Assembly (NCBI GenBank): GCA_003971905.1
Contig: RSEE01000093.1
Coordinates: 62,001-126,000, forward strand
DNA: 64,000 bases
Origin: Moniliella sp. 'wahieum'
Taxonomy: Eukaryota
Reading direction: 5' to 3'
Shown here: one piece after another, positions 24,489 through 37,924 of the stretch
Layout of the letters: every line of letters starts with the position of its first letter
Numbering within the stretch: position 1 is the first letter of the stretch
Translations under genes and position numbers: made by a program
Notes under the pieces: generated by a model
What the model was told of the DNA's origin: nothing
What the model saw: only the letters and a program-made list of their open reading frames with translations
Databases searched by the model: none

Positions 24489-25588
24489 AGGAGCTCCTTC
24501 CAGTGATATCGCACTGACCAGTCATTCGGCCTGCGCAAGGACTTTGGTGCATCGTGCGTGAACATAAGAAGTCATGTGGTGCCCATTCACTTGAAGCTGG
24601 ATGTAACACCGTAGGTCATTAGTATAGCTCAAGGGGAATAATAGTGACCTGTATAGCAATCCACACGGCTATGGAGACGCGATGGATGCTGAAGCGTTTG
24701 GGACAGTAGCGTAGGCGATCGATTGCGGGCGAGAGATAGGCGTTGGCGGTAGGAAGCAGGACGAGGGCTACTGGACATCGATTATTAGAGCCGGGAACAC
24801 TGCTGCAGTGCCGCTAGTGTTGCGGCGTAGGACAGATATAGCTTGCGTATAGGCCCCCTGGCTGGCCCAGATTGGCCTGTGCGCACAGTATGCGCAGCCT
24901 CCTTTGAACCTCCTGCTCCTCTGTGGTTGCATCTGTCTCCTCACCACCGCCCCTCTCATTGCGCCCGTAGCAACTGGTATCCCATCTCTGCAGCCAGCAC
25001 ATCGCAGAGTGCTCTGTGCCACGGCGCAACAGCACCATCTTCTTTCCCTGTCCACCAACATCACCATCGTTGTTGCCTGCACTGCTTACTGCCCGTCTTC
25101 CCGTCCCGCCCCCATCGCTCGGTTCTCCTCGCCTGGTCTGCATTGCTGCCGTACGTCTCCATTCCCTGTCCGGTCACACTCCGTTTTCGCATTCAAACTA
25201 TGTGCACACTTCCTTCCACGACATTCAACCCCCGCCGTTGCATCCTGAGTGTGCACGATAGCCTCTTCAATTCAAAGGCACTATACCCCCCTGGCTCCCT
25301 ATTTGGTTATGTTGCCCCGCCTTCTGAGCATCAATCCCCGTCCAGTACAGCATCACCATATCGGGGCAGATGGATGGCATTCTAGTTCCACATAGAACAC
25401 ATGGCTCATGGGAGCTCACTTCATTCTAGTAGTAGCAAGTGCAGTGTGGGATCGAACTTTTTGAGGACACGAGTTTTACGCATGTCCAGAGGGCTCCGGC
25501 ATGAGCGTTGAGCCAATGAACAACGAACTTGCAGGCCCGCACGGCCCCGTGCCGAGTTGTGGCCCATTCAATCGGCGAAGCAGGTGGC

Positions 25589-27522
25589 TTACTCGCGCGT
25601 CACGTCACGGCCAAACATGGCGACGCTGGACCAATCCCAAGCAACGAGCAGACGCTGACGAAGGGAGAAGAGTAGCGACATGTACGCCGATTTCCAGAAG
25701 ATGTACGTTGCCACACCCGACGAGGCAAACTCGCCCCCAAGGAAAGGAATGTCGGCAATCGCACGGTCCCGCCCCACATAGGCAAGCGAGCCTTGATGGG
25801 TGTACTCAAACGGACGGATCTTCTCTGCCTTGGTGATCTGGCGTTGCAGGGCCAAGATCTCAGAGCGCGACTCGGCAGTCAACGGCGGCTTCCACCGCCG
25901 CCAGTTTCTCCCGCAGCGACTCGACCCGCCCAATCTTGTTGATCACGCGAGCAAGGTAGGCACCTTGCTGCGACGCTACCTGACCCGTCGGGGCATATTG
26001 CGATGCAGTAGCGTCCCCTGCGGCAAAGATGCTGTCCTCAGCACCCTTGAGACGCAGGTGGGCGTCAATCTCGAGGCCGCGGCGGTTGTTTGCGAGCCCT
26101 TGAGTTGAGAAATCATGTCCCTCGTCACGGGGCGGAGCGTGTTACCAGCGGCCCAAACAAGAACACCGTACGGGATCTTTTGGAGTGTGCCATCGGGGGC
26201 CTGGACAAACACGGTCTGCTCATCAACGTCCTTGACCATGTGCTTGGTCTTGAGCTCAATTCCAATTTCCTTGAATGTCGAGTTGGTGTACTCAATCAGA
26301 CGCTTACTAAACGAAGGCAGGATCGAAGGCAACGCTTCAATCAGTGTCACCCGCACCTTGCCCGCCACTTCAGGGTACCACTTGCTCAGGTCGGACGTGA
26401 CAAAGTCGCGCAATTCGGCTGCGTACTCGACACCCGTGGGACCACCACCGACAACGATCATGTGCAGCAGCCGCTCCACATCCGCGTCAGGGGTGCCCTT
26501 GATCGAAGCCGCCTCAACGGCGTCCATCAGCTTGTTGCGGATCTTCTCAGCGTCCGGCAGCTCCTTGAGGAAGCAGGCGTGGTCCTTGACGCCCTGGATA
26601 CCAAACGTTGGTTTTCGGAGCCTACACCATAGATCAGGTAGTCGTACGGGATGGTGACCTTGCCCAACGGGTTGCCCACGCCGTCGTCGGATTTGTCCTC
26701 AAACGTGACTGTCTTGTTCGCCACATCCACCTTCTCGGCCTCGGCCTCAATCACCTGCACCTCACGCGGGAGGAGGAAACGGGTAGTCATCCGCGTCGGC
26801 TGGGCAATCGAACGGGCCTGGAGCGTGCCTGTTGGCACCGAGGGCAGTAGCGGAGTGAAGAGGAAGCTGGCCAGCCCACCGCTGAGTCAGTCATCGTTCC
26901 TACCAAAACCCGCGCGGAGAAAATGAGAGAGACTACTAGTTGTGCGGGGAAATAACGATAACGTTGAACTGGTCGGTGTCGAGATGCTTCAAGAAACTCG
27001 TCGAGGCCACCGGAGCCAAGGACGACAATGGTGCGCTTGGCAGGGTCATAGGGCAACTGCTCGGGCGGGTGTCGTGCCTCATACAGCTTCCATGTGATCC
27101 CAGCGCCGGTCAGAACAGCAACCCATATCAGCACATTGAAGGTGCGGCGGAAAGAAGCCCTTTTTGGGCTTGGGTGCCGGAGCAGGCGGCCAGAGGGAGC
27201 TGCCCAGCGAACCGCCCAGCGGCGGGAGTGGAGTTGTCCAGAGCACGCGACGTGAACAGCGTGCGGGACGTAATAGCGCCAGCAGGCTGCGCAATGGCGC
27301 TGGCCAAGGCGGTAGGGCGAGCGGACGCCAGGGCCAGCGAGCGCGTGGTCAGCAAGTTGCGCGGCGCAACCGAGACCTGCGCACCGCAGAAAGAATGGTC
27401 GGCGAGAGAGCCAAGATGGAAACACAAGAGCAAGACAGAACCCAGCAGAGCATACGTCAGTACTCCTTCCAGCGCAGGAACATCGCACAGGATAGGGACA
27501 CACCTCGAGCGATGATGCTCAT
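25589..27522 (-). CDS. NDE1: Type II (alternative) mitochondrial NADH:ubiquinone oxidoreductase, Nde1/Ndi1-like
   Basis: KRTIVVLGSG, NY|FLFTPLLPS, YDYLIYGVGS, VVGGGPTGVEYAAEL, LVWAAGN, FEYTHQGSLAYVG, FWKSAY, FGRDVTRE-stop. Presequence-like N-terminus; introns ~27377-27503 and ~26867-26937. Start is inferred. Confidence 0.92.
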
Positions 27523-28819
27523 GGGGGCAGGCGTGGAGTGGAGTACAGGTGGTGGAGCGGGAGCAGGCGGCCCCGAACAGGTTTGTGGAGATACGTGGCT
27601 GCTGGACAGCAGACGAGTGCAAAAAAAGCTGCGCGTTTCAGTGTGGCGCCGTGCTGGCGCTGTATTTCGAATGGGCCTGCTGCCGCGGGGGCAGTGTGTG
27701 GGCCTGCCTTGGAGAGTTCTTGCAAGGTACGCAACCCCAGCCGGCCGCACCGCGCCAGTGGGCCAGTGCCTGCTCCCGCTACCCCGGCGTCACTGCGTCA
27801 CTGCTCGGCTCTGCATCATGCACCCGCCCTGCCCAGCGGTGATCCCAAGCTGGCCCCTCTGGTGGTTGGCTGTATACGCTACTGATCATAGCTTCTCCGT
27901 CGGCTTTGTCGGACATCCTACCCGTCCCTTCCCTTCCTCTGCCCCTCCCACCGACAATCCTTAGGCCTTAGGCCTTACCATCTTGTTGGTCAACCCAGTC
28001 GGGAGACGAGTCCTTGACCACTGGTTGGCACATGTCCATGTCATGCATCATGCATCATGCATGGAGGAGAATCATTAATCACTGATCAGCCATTCCTCCG
28101 GTATAACCCGCGGACAGGCGGGTATTAGCACATTAGTCCCACTGGACAGCCACTGGCCTGGGCAGGCTTTTGCGCTGGAGGGTCGGACGCGCAGCGCGGC
28201 TGGTCCGCATTCGGCTGTCGGTTGGCGGTTGGCGGTCGTCGGTGTCGGCCGGGGAGGGTGTGTACGTTCGATATGCAGTGCGTTTCGCGTTACGCGTTGC
28301 GGGTGAATTCGGTATTACCCGGGCCCAGCGTCGGCCCCGCTAGAAGCTTGAGCTTGAACCGCTGAACCTCACGCTGAGCGAGCTGAGCTGCTCAGGCCTG
28401 AGGGCCTGAGCAACCGCAAATGTCACTTCAATATTCAATCCACCCCACCGCTGGGTTGGTACGTTGATACATGGTACAGCGTGTCTTCTCCGACGTTGGT
28501 GCGGCTTTTCTTCTCAACACCCCCGTCGACAGCCTGCGCGGAATGCAAGAATGCGAAGCCACAGGCGCGGAAGGTGTGGAGTACTCATCAATCCTTCTAA
28601 CAGCCTCAACAAGCTGTCGCAAGCCCCCCAGCTGTATACGCCGTGAGGCGCTGAGGGCGCCGAGGTAGAAGGAGAGTCACGAAGTCCTGTACTCACTGAC
28701 TTGACTACTTGTCATGCATGCACATGCCACGTATCACAAGTCACTAGTCACTAGTCACTAGTCACACTAGTCACGTGGACGTGTCACATGTCACACGGCT
28801 CGTCAGGCCCTAGGACGCG

Positions 28820-29838
28820 ATGCATGCCGCACAAACTGAGGGACGGGGGAAAAGGGGGAGCAGGGGAGCCAGCCTGGAGCGCAGGTGCCTGGAAGAGACA
28901 TGCACAGGCAGAAAAACTTTGCGAGCGGCGTTAACCGTGTCTCTCCGCCGCGATGATTTGGCGGATGGACTCCGTCGATTACGTGCCCAGACACCAGCCA
29001 CCCGCGCCCAGCGCCCGTCCCTTTTTGGTGTCTTGCTCCTTCCGCCTCGGACGCCGTTTCCTCTCGCCTGGGTGGCCGCCATCCGCGCGGTGCATTAAAA
29101 ACAAGTCAAGGCAAGAATTAGATGGCGTTTTCGTGGCTGCAAGCCCGCCATGCTCCAGGGGACCCTAGCCCCAATGGGTTGTCTACCAACCTGAGCTGCA
29201 GCAGGCTACAGGCCGTATACTACCGCGAAGCTGCTCCTGCGCTGTCGGAGCAAGGCTGGATCCCGTCGGCGCGGCACCTGCATATTCACCCGATATATAA
29301 TCAACGTTCAACAGTACCATGACATACTGAGTAAGTGCGTATATATACCAGGAGCGGCCTCGACTGCGCTTGTGTTGTGGCTACCGCTCAACTACTTCTG
29401 TCCTACCGCAACCCATTATGTTTGTTGATATTAATCTCATTGATCCCACCCTCAAGATGGGATGGCAGAAACCCATAGGAGATGTACACAAGCTCAAGGT
29501 CTCTTCGTGCCCGCCCTCTGCGAGCAAGACGTCCCTGAGGGCGCTGTGGCGTGAGAGTGGAACGGCGATCCTCCGACATTGTGAGCAGGCCGAGGTGCGT
29601 GCATGGCGACCCCAGGGAGAACAGGGACCGAACAGGCGAGACAGCAGCACCATTGCAGAAAGTCCACACCTCGTGGCAACTAGACTTGGAAGAACAGGAG
29701 ATCGAACCGCATCGCCGCTCGATCCAAAACGGAAGCAACGTGAACACGGTAGCGGCTTGGTCGCCCCCCGGTGCGAAGAGAGGGAAGGTAGAGAGGGAGC
29801 GGAGGATCGGAAAATTCGTAGCGTATCTCATTGACTAG
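28820..29838 (+). CDS. Possible fragmented orphan gene
   Basis: ATG at 28820 just after a GTCAC-rich patch, gtaagt donor at 29330, and successive plus-strand ORFs ending GKFVAYLID-stop. No family recognised. Confidence 0.2.
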
Positions 29839-30049
29839 CGTCTCGAAGGGTACGGTATTGTGTTGTTAAGTTGTAAAGTGGTGGTTAACAGTTGTGGTTA
29901 AGGTAGGGTCAAGTTGGGGTTTAATCTTTAAGGTTCACGCCAAAGGTGAAACGAGCAGAAGCAAGTGGAGCAGGGAAAGCAGGAGAAGGGCAAATGGCGA
30001 CTTGGACCATATACGGTAGACGTGTGGAGAGAGGGAGCGAAACCAAAAG

Positions 30050-33000
30050 AAAAAAGGGAAAAAAAGAGTTAATACATGTCAATGTATAAGGTACAATCTC
30101 GAGTGGCGATGCCAGCCTTGTTTCTCCAGAGTCTACACCCCCTGTGGGAGGCATCTTGTCAAACGAAGACGAAAGTGCGAGCGGAGCAAACGGCTTGGGC
30201 GAGGTAAATCCAGAAGAAGCAGGGGGGCATCGACGGGGTGCGTGCCCAATGGTGATGCTTGGCGAGAGGACATGAGGATGGCGTTGCGCGCTCCCACCGA
30301 CATGGACGGGGATGCGATCCTCAAAGAAGTATCCCCAGAGGAGGCAAGAAAGGGTCCTTTGGGTTGGCTCTCCGAGCAGCACAGTCGCTCTAATAACGGC
30401 CTCTTCTTCATCCGGCGAAAACTCCAATCCATCCCATCCCAAATCGGCTTCCTCGTTCGGGCGCTGGCTGCACCCACTACGCCGCGAGCCATTGCCCATG
30501 CCACCTCGTCCTCCTCCTCTTCACCCCCCCTCCCCGTCATCCCAGACCCCGGGGTCAGCCATGCTGACTGTACGAATAGGCCGGGAGCTAGCACTGGTAC
30601 TCCTTTCCCCTGATCCCGAGTGCCCACTGTGCTCGTCCGAGTCAGAAAATGACACGTCACTTCCCCGACCGAGCAAGGCTGGATTCCAACGGGGATCAAT
30701 CCCACCGTCAACAAAGTCATCCATCTCATCCGCACCGAGCGGTGCATCAGGACCCCGGGCGGCATCCAGCGATCCAACCGTCAAGTTCTCCCTGCCATGC
30801 TGGGGTCCAACGACTCCAACGCTGCATACAGCTCATCCACATCCCCTTCAGCTGTCGACCCTGTAGGCGCAGACCGTCCCAAGCTCACCGCAGCTCGATT
30901 GAGACGCCCCCCCATGGCCCCCCTACTGCCCCACTGACCGCACGCAAACCAGCAGCCGCACCTGCACTAGCGGCCCCAGCTGCTGCCGTAAACCGGGCGA
31001 GGGGATGCCTTGCGACACGTGTTGGGCCCAGGTGCGGCTCCGTGCCGGCACACCCACCGGAAACGAAGGCATGGGAACACCCTTTGCGTACGGAGCGTCC
31101 CGCGCCATGGCACTGGCATTGGCATGGGACGAGGTAACGCCCAATCGGCCTTGCCTGCCGCGGCAGCCAGTCCATCCGCCAAATCGTCCATGCCCAACTC
31201 ACCGGGGTCGACCTGAGGGCTCCACCCGCACCTCTGTCCGCACCGTGGAGGCCATATGGGCTTCACACACGGGCAACGGGATCTCCATCCACAGAGAAGG
31301 CATACGTTCCGTACTTGAGTTGCGGGACCAAGTAGACGTTGGCAGGTTGGGCATAAGGGACCTTGGCGTACGTGTGAAGCTCAGCCGCTGCCGCCGTTGT
31401 ACGCCCACTCAACCGCCATGGGGTAAAGAGCCGAGCTGACATCCACGTCCCTCGCTCAGACCAAGGCGGGAAGGCAATCTCTGCAGGCGAGCAAGCCATG
31501 CAGGAGAATCATCAAGGGATTCAACAGTTCGATTCCCGGTTGAGGCCGAGATAGTCCACGCCAGAGGGCATGCGGCGCTTCACTCCGTGCCAGAGGACGA
31601 AGGACTGAATATCATCCCATCCGATTACCTCTCCGCCAGCTCGACCTGGAGCGGGCGTTGCACGGCGGTTGCCATGGCCATGCGATCACTAGGATCGACC
31701 CCAGTGCGAGGGGCAATTGGGATGGCAAACAAGTTCCTAGGGCGATGGGCGGAGAGTATGAGCTCATGTTGGACCACGTCGCCGCGCGAAGCATTGAACT
31801 GATATAGACCGATCCTCCGCGCTTCTGCCCCGGGCAAATCGTTAACCACTGCCAATCCCGGCCAGCCAACAGCCAAAGGAGTTGCATCTGGAACTTCGGT
31901 GGAGCGCTTCGTCCCCTGCTCAAGGGCTGACAGCTCATCACCCTCTTGAACCGGGAGAAAACGCTCGACGGCAGTAGAAGTTTTGGCCGACGCGGCTAGG
32001 GGCATCGGGCGAGGCCCAATAGATCCGAAATGGGTGTGATATGCATGCTCATTGGTCCCTCGCCCGGTCACGCATTCTTTGGCACTAGGGGGTGCACCCC
32101 ACGGATGAAGCGCAATCGTGTGGGTGCCTCGTTTGGTGAGGACATGGAGCAATCGCGAGTCGACGCTCCACTCCATCGCAGCCACATGGGCACTCGTGAT
32201 CCCACGATAAATCTGTGCACAAAAAGCAGGTTAGTCCAAGCTGTGCGGCTGCAAAAGGGAAGGTAAAAACGTGCCACATAAAGCCACTCAGGCCTAAGTA
32301 GATTATCGTCCGCCTTCCGGACGGGGGCAGCGCGCATCTTGAGCGCGTAGATGTGGAATGATGCCCAGCAGTATCAGCTGTAGCAAGCAGTTCGCCCGTA
32401 GCGTTGAACTTGATGCAAGCCAACCGGCCTGCTCCCACCGGGCGGGGTAGGAGCAGCACGGAAAGCACTGATCAGTACCGGGTTTGAGACCCCCTCTAGG
32501 GCGGGTTCTCCGTGACAGGTCGACAACATGAACGGTACCGCTGTACAGTTGCCCAGGTGCCACCGTGGAACCAGAAGAAATAGGAGTAGGCGCGGTAAGA
32601 AAGGAGGAGCCCGAGGTGGGCAGAGCGGGACTGAAGAGTAACGCCTGGAAGAGGCGGAGAAGCAGCTAAGGCTGCCGCCAGACCAGAGGCACCCGCGCTG
32701 ACGCCATGGTACATGCGCTCCCCCATGTTTCGAGCTTGGTAAAGAATGTTGCCGCTGGATCCTCCTCGTCTGCCAGCGTCGCAGAGGCAGCATCCAAGCG
32801 GGGGGGCAATGCGGTAGATGCATAAGCCAGGAGCCGCCCGACAAATCGCAGGCCGGGGGCCGATCGGGGAACGGGGAGGCGGTATCGACGATGGAGGATG
32901 CGTTGCGGTTAGGTCGCTGGCCGAGTGGATGGAAATCGTAGACGAGCGTCCAGCGAGAGATGCAGAGGACCATGCAACAACAATGTAGTGGTGGTTGTGC

Positions 33001-33700
33001 AAGAGCCAGGCATGAACGCTCGTCTGGGCCTCCGATGTCGGCCGTAATTCGGCAACCGTGGCGCGCTGCACCACGGCGGACGAAGCCAAGTCGTACTCAA
33101 TCAGATCAAGCGAGCGCGAGTCCTTTGTACTAATCAAGACGGCGGCCAAAAGAGCACGCGTTGGTGGCGCGTCGCGACCCGCAGCGCAGATCTCTGCGTG
33201 CGTACCAGCCGGTACAAAAGCCGACGGAGGGAGACGAGCAATCTCAGTGAACGTATGGCGGATGGCGAGCCAGACTACAGCAGGACCGGGAGCACCGGTG
33301 GTGTCGTTGGCATAGACAACAGCCAAGAAATGGCAACCAGCGACCTTGTCCCATGCATGGACGCCACAGGCAGGGCTTGGATGCCGCGGGTTGCCATGGA
33401 AGGACCGGCATCGGCCCAGTCTTCAGCCTCGTCTGCACCGTCGGCATCGCCCAAGATACCAGCACCAGCTCCGGAGCCAGGCGGGATAGGAGCAGCAGGA
33501 CGCATGCGGCCAAGAGCTTGGGTGGCCATGTCACGAGCGGATGCGAGCTGAGCAGCAAGTGACTTGGGTACCCCGGCCGCGATGAGCGCCGCGGCGCTCA
33601 TGTACCCATCGGGAAAGCGAGGGGGTGGGAGCGAATGACGCGGGCAGACTGGGACGGCGCCTGCTTCTGCATGGGGTGGCGGGAGAAAGGCCATAGCCAT
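30050..33700 (-). CDS. BCAS3-like WD40 (PROPPIN-related) protein
   Basis: IKFNATGELLATADTAGH, WLYV|IYRGITSAHV..MEWSVDSR..TKRGTHTIALHPWG, and a BCAS3-domain-like AELHTYAK..ANVYLVPQ. Intron 32213-32274; 3' end approximate. Confidence 0.75.
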
Positions 33701-34269
33701 GGCCGGTGTGGTGCTGGGTCGGGCGTGAACTGTGGGTTTGCTGGGTGGGGGGGGTGGTGAGGGTCTGGGGATGGGGAAAAGGAAAGGCCGATGCGGAGGC
33801 AGGAGCGGTGGTGGTGGTGGGTGGCAGCAGTAGTAGGAGTGGGAGTGGGAGTGGGAGCAGTGGGAGGGTGGTGGTGGTGGGAGCGAAAGAGGGACAGGCG
33901 TGCGGGGCGATGGGGAGGGGCAGAGCCGACTATCTCCTGTCGGCTGGAGGTGTGGTGGTTGGGCGCGCGTATCTAATCGTGACTGGGCGTGACTCAACCC
34001 TACTGGGCGCACCGCACGTGCAGCACAGCACAGCACGCAGCACACAGCACCGCTGCACAGACCAGCCGGGCCCCGCGCACGGCGCCAGTGTCGCCCCAAC
34101 TCACACCCACGGCTGGCCACCCACGCTCGCAGCCACGCACAGCAACCCTATCGCGGCCGTCGCATCGCTGATCGGTATCAATATTCAATGCTCTCACACC
34201 GGCAGCATGCAATCATTAATCAAACCCCCGCCGCTGCCTGCCCCTCACCCGGTCCGCTCACCTCACCGC

Positions 34270-35547
34270 TCACACCGCGTCGGCGCCCCACTCACGCCGC
34301 AGCGCCGCCGCCACGCCATCGGCCACCGTGTCCGCAATCAACGTCGGCGCGGGTCCGGCGCCCCCTCCACCACACGCCCGTGCGCACAAGCACACTCTCC
34401 CACCCGTACGCCGCCGCGCCCGAGATGTCCGACCCGGGTTGTCCCCAATCATGTAGACCTTGCGGTGCGCCAGGCGCGTGCCGCGCCTGCTCTTGCTGGC
34501 CCAGCGTCCAGTCGGCAAACTCATACGTCGCCCGCTCTGGCTTGCCAAACATGGTGTACTCCAACTTGCGGCCTGTCACCTCCTGCATCGCCATCACCAT
34601 CGCCATCGCCATCGTCAGTCACCTCATCCCACGCTCTCGGAACGCCTAACATACCTTCCAAATCGCTTGGGCTGCCACGCGCAGCGAACCGAGGCCGAGC
34701 CGCGGCACGCCAAACTGGGTGGTCCGATCAAGTCGTTGTGGGCAAAGTACAGCGGCAGTTGGGCAGCAGGCAAAGTGGCAGTATGAGGGCCGCGAATGCC
34801 CGGCTGCATCGTCCCAAACACACCATCCTCCGACCGACACAGGTCGACAATGTACTGAAGCGAACGACCCCAGTCGTTGTTGTCATGAAACACGAGCACA
34901 GCGGCAAAGTGAATTTGGCTATAGTCTGGCACCAGCTCACGGCCCTCGGTCGGAGGGAGCGAGTGGGTCCAGCTCGAAGGAGCGTACTGCTGCAGCATAT
35001 CGGGTGTGTGGACACGTTGAAAGCCATAATACTGGGCAATATCAGCCGCGCCCTTTGGCCCAATCACCAGCACGTCCTTATCCTGCAACGAGCGCAAGCT
35101 CTTCATCAGCGAGTGGCTCAACACCACCTGCTCGGGCTGAATGGTACCGCCAAAATTGCGCTGCAAAAGCTCGGCACGGGCTGCCTCTTTCGAACCACCC
35201 CCGTTGGTGAGAAAGATGTGGGGTAAGGGGCGGTGGTACTTGTTGGCGCCGCGGATGATCTCCATAGCCTTGTGGGCGGCTGGGATGACGTCGGCCCCCA
35301 ACTTGAGTACGCCATCAATGTCAAAGGCAAACGCAACTTCGCACGGCGGCTGAGCGGATGGCGATTTGGCCGAGGGCAACACACGAGCCTCGCGTCCCGC
35401 TGTGCTTGCGCCAAACGCACGCCTCGAGTGCCCTGGGCACAGCACAGGGGCAGAGACACGAGCACATGCGAAGGCACGGCTGGAGCGCAGGGAAGAAGAA
35501 ACCAGCGCGGACCCAGGGGAGCCGGCAGTGCGCAAGAGACTCAACAT
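34270..35547 (-). CDS. HAD-superfamily class IIA hydrolase, HDHD5/CECR5-like (YKR070W), probably mitochondrial
   Basis: AFAFDIDGVL, FLTNGGG, FGKPERATYEFA, YMIGDNP.SDISGA..YGWESVLVRTGVW; Arg/Ser-rich N-terminus. Confidence 0.93.
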
Positions 35548-36341
35548 GAAACTAGGAGAGGCAGTGGGGACGGTCACGAGGAGTCTGCGGGGGAGGTGTG
35601 TCAGCGGATGGTGGTGGCTGCCAAGGCGTGGAGCCAGAACAAGTCCGGGACTACTGACATTCGCCTGCTCAGTCTGGGCCTGGCCCCAGAAAACAGGGCG
35701 AGCACACAACGTCACACGCCCACAATTCCACGCCCTGCCTCCCGCCGGCTTACCTGGCTTACCTGACCGGCCTTTCCGGTTACCGGTTACTCCATTACGC
35801 ATTACGCGGTACGCGTCATAGCAACCGAGGCTGGCGTCGGCCAGAACAGGGGCCCCCTTGCAATTGTACGTTTCAAACCATCGTATTTTCCGTCCATGCC
35901 CAAGATTGAGACCGATGAGGTGATGAGATACTGGGTTGTGCCGTGGAACAGGGGGCACTCTCCGACGAGCTGTCCACAAGAGAGATGGCCAGTCGATCGG
36001 TCACCGAAGCGGGAACGAGGTTACGCGTTACGCATTACGAGTGAAGCGAAAAGCAGAGTGGTGGAGAGAACAGAAGGACAGGAAAGGCGCGCCAGTAAAA
36101 ATAGTGGCCCCTGAACCAGGGCACCTGGCAGCCTAGGCAAAGCTATCACTCCCACGTCACAACAATACCCGCATCCGGATTGGCTACGGCAACGCCCACC
36201 TACAACCCGCCTATGCCTTACGATTGGGATGAATGCAGTGGGTTTATTAAGATAGCAGCAATGTGGCAGCGACGACTAGATGGGAAAGCAGCCCTTCATG
36301 ATGGTGTGGTGATGGTGATTGGCTCTTCGGCCCCCTCGGCC

Positions 36342-37924
36342 TTAGCTGAGGGCCACCTTGAACGGCGCCCCCGTCTTCTCCTTTACTTCCTCCAGCGTGG
36401 CGCCCTCCTGGAGCTCGACAAGTACCAACCCTCCCTCGGGGCTGGTAAGGTCCACGTCAAAGACAGCAAGGTCGGTAATGATGCGGGATACAACGCGGGT
36501 ACCCGTCAAGGGCAAGTCGCACTTGGCGACAATCTTGGGCTTGCCATACTTGTCGCAATGGTCCGTCAGCACATACACGTGTCGAATCGCCCGAGGAGAC
36601 CAAGTCCATCGCACCACCCATGCCCTTGATGACGGATCCAGGGATCATGTAGTTGGCCAAGTCGCCCGACGCGCTGACTTGCAGCGCCCCCAAGAAGGTA
36701 CGGTCCATGTGCCCGCCCGGATCATACCAAACGACTCGGCCGAGTCAAATACCGAGCCGGGCAGAATGGTGCAGGTCTGCTTACCAGCATTGATAAGATC
36801 AGGGTTCACCATGGGCGCAGTGGGGGGCGGGCCGAGGCCGAGAATACCATTCTCGGATTGGAGCTGGATACTGACTCCCTCCGGGACATAGCAGCAGCCA
36901 AGCTCGGGATTCCAATGCCCAGATTGACCGTGTCTCCATTGCGGAACTCTTTCCCAGCTCGCCGAGCGATCTTGTGTCGGCGAATTTCGCCCGGAGAGGT
37001 GATGGGAGCATCGCTGCTGTCATTGGCCACCGTAAGACGCTCGATCATCGCTGGCCGCGTGGCCTTGACTACCCGGTCAACATAAACCGAAGGTAGGTGA
37101 ATGTTGTTGGGGTCTAATGATCCCGTAGGAACAATCTCCTCAGCCTCGACAATGGTTGTCTTGGCATCTTGCCCATGGGCGCGGAGAAATTGGCGGCAGT
37201 GAAACGGAAGACACAGTTGCCTGCCTCGTCCACCTTCCACGCACGGATCAATGCCACATCGGCAGATCGCCTCTTCGAGGATGTACTTTCTCCCGTTAAA
37301 CTCGCGTTCTTCCCTTGGTTTGGACTCCACCTCCACCTCCCCCTTCTTTGTCTTGGAGTAGCGGATAGGAAGACCACCTTTGTGGACCAAAGTGCCGTAG
37401 CCAGTTGCCGTGTAGAAAGCGGGAATTCCGACCGCACCCGCGCGGACACGCTCCACCATGGTGCCTTGGGGCAGGAGGTTCAGGGCCACTTCACCATTGA
37501 GGTACTTGTTGATGAGGAAATCGTTGCCGCCCACATGGCTAGAGAAGAGGGAAGAGACTTGGCCGTTTTTCAAAAGCACGCCTGAAAGAGGGAAGAGGGG
37601 TTAACACCGGGTGCAAAGGTTTCGAAAAATCGACTTACCAACACCTTCCTCTCCGACGCCCGAGTTGTTGCTGACAATGGTAAAATCTTTCTTTTCGGGG
37701 TACTTGGCCAGAGCATCCATCAAGGTGTTAGCTGACCCACACAGACCAAAGCCACCGGCAACAATGATAGAACCGCTCTTAACGTCCTTGACGGCCTCGT
37801 CGGCAGAGTTGAAAACTTTGTTGATGGAGGCGCGAGAGGCAGACGTGCTCAAGAGGCGGTAGGACAAAGGGGCAACAGCGAGAGGGCGAGAGGCAACGCC
37901 CCGACCGGCAAGACGAGCAAGCAT
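36342..37924 (-). CDS. Succinyl-CoA:3-ketoacid CoA transferase (SCOT/OXCT1-like), mitochondrial
   Basis: [51 protein letters not shown] (catalytic Glu), [18 protein letters not shown]. Intron 37582-37638. Confidence 0.95.

Noticed and set aside
31520..31550. gttcgattccc resembling a tRNA T-loop
   Set aside because: No cloverleaf stems, and it lies antisense within the BCAS3-like CDS.
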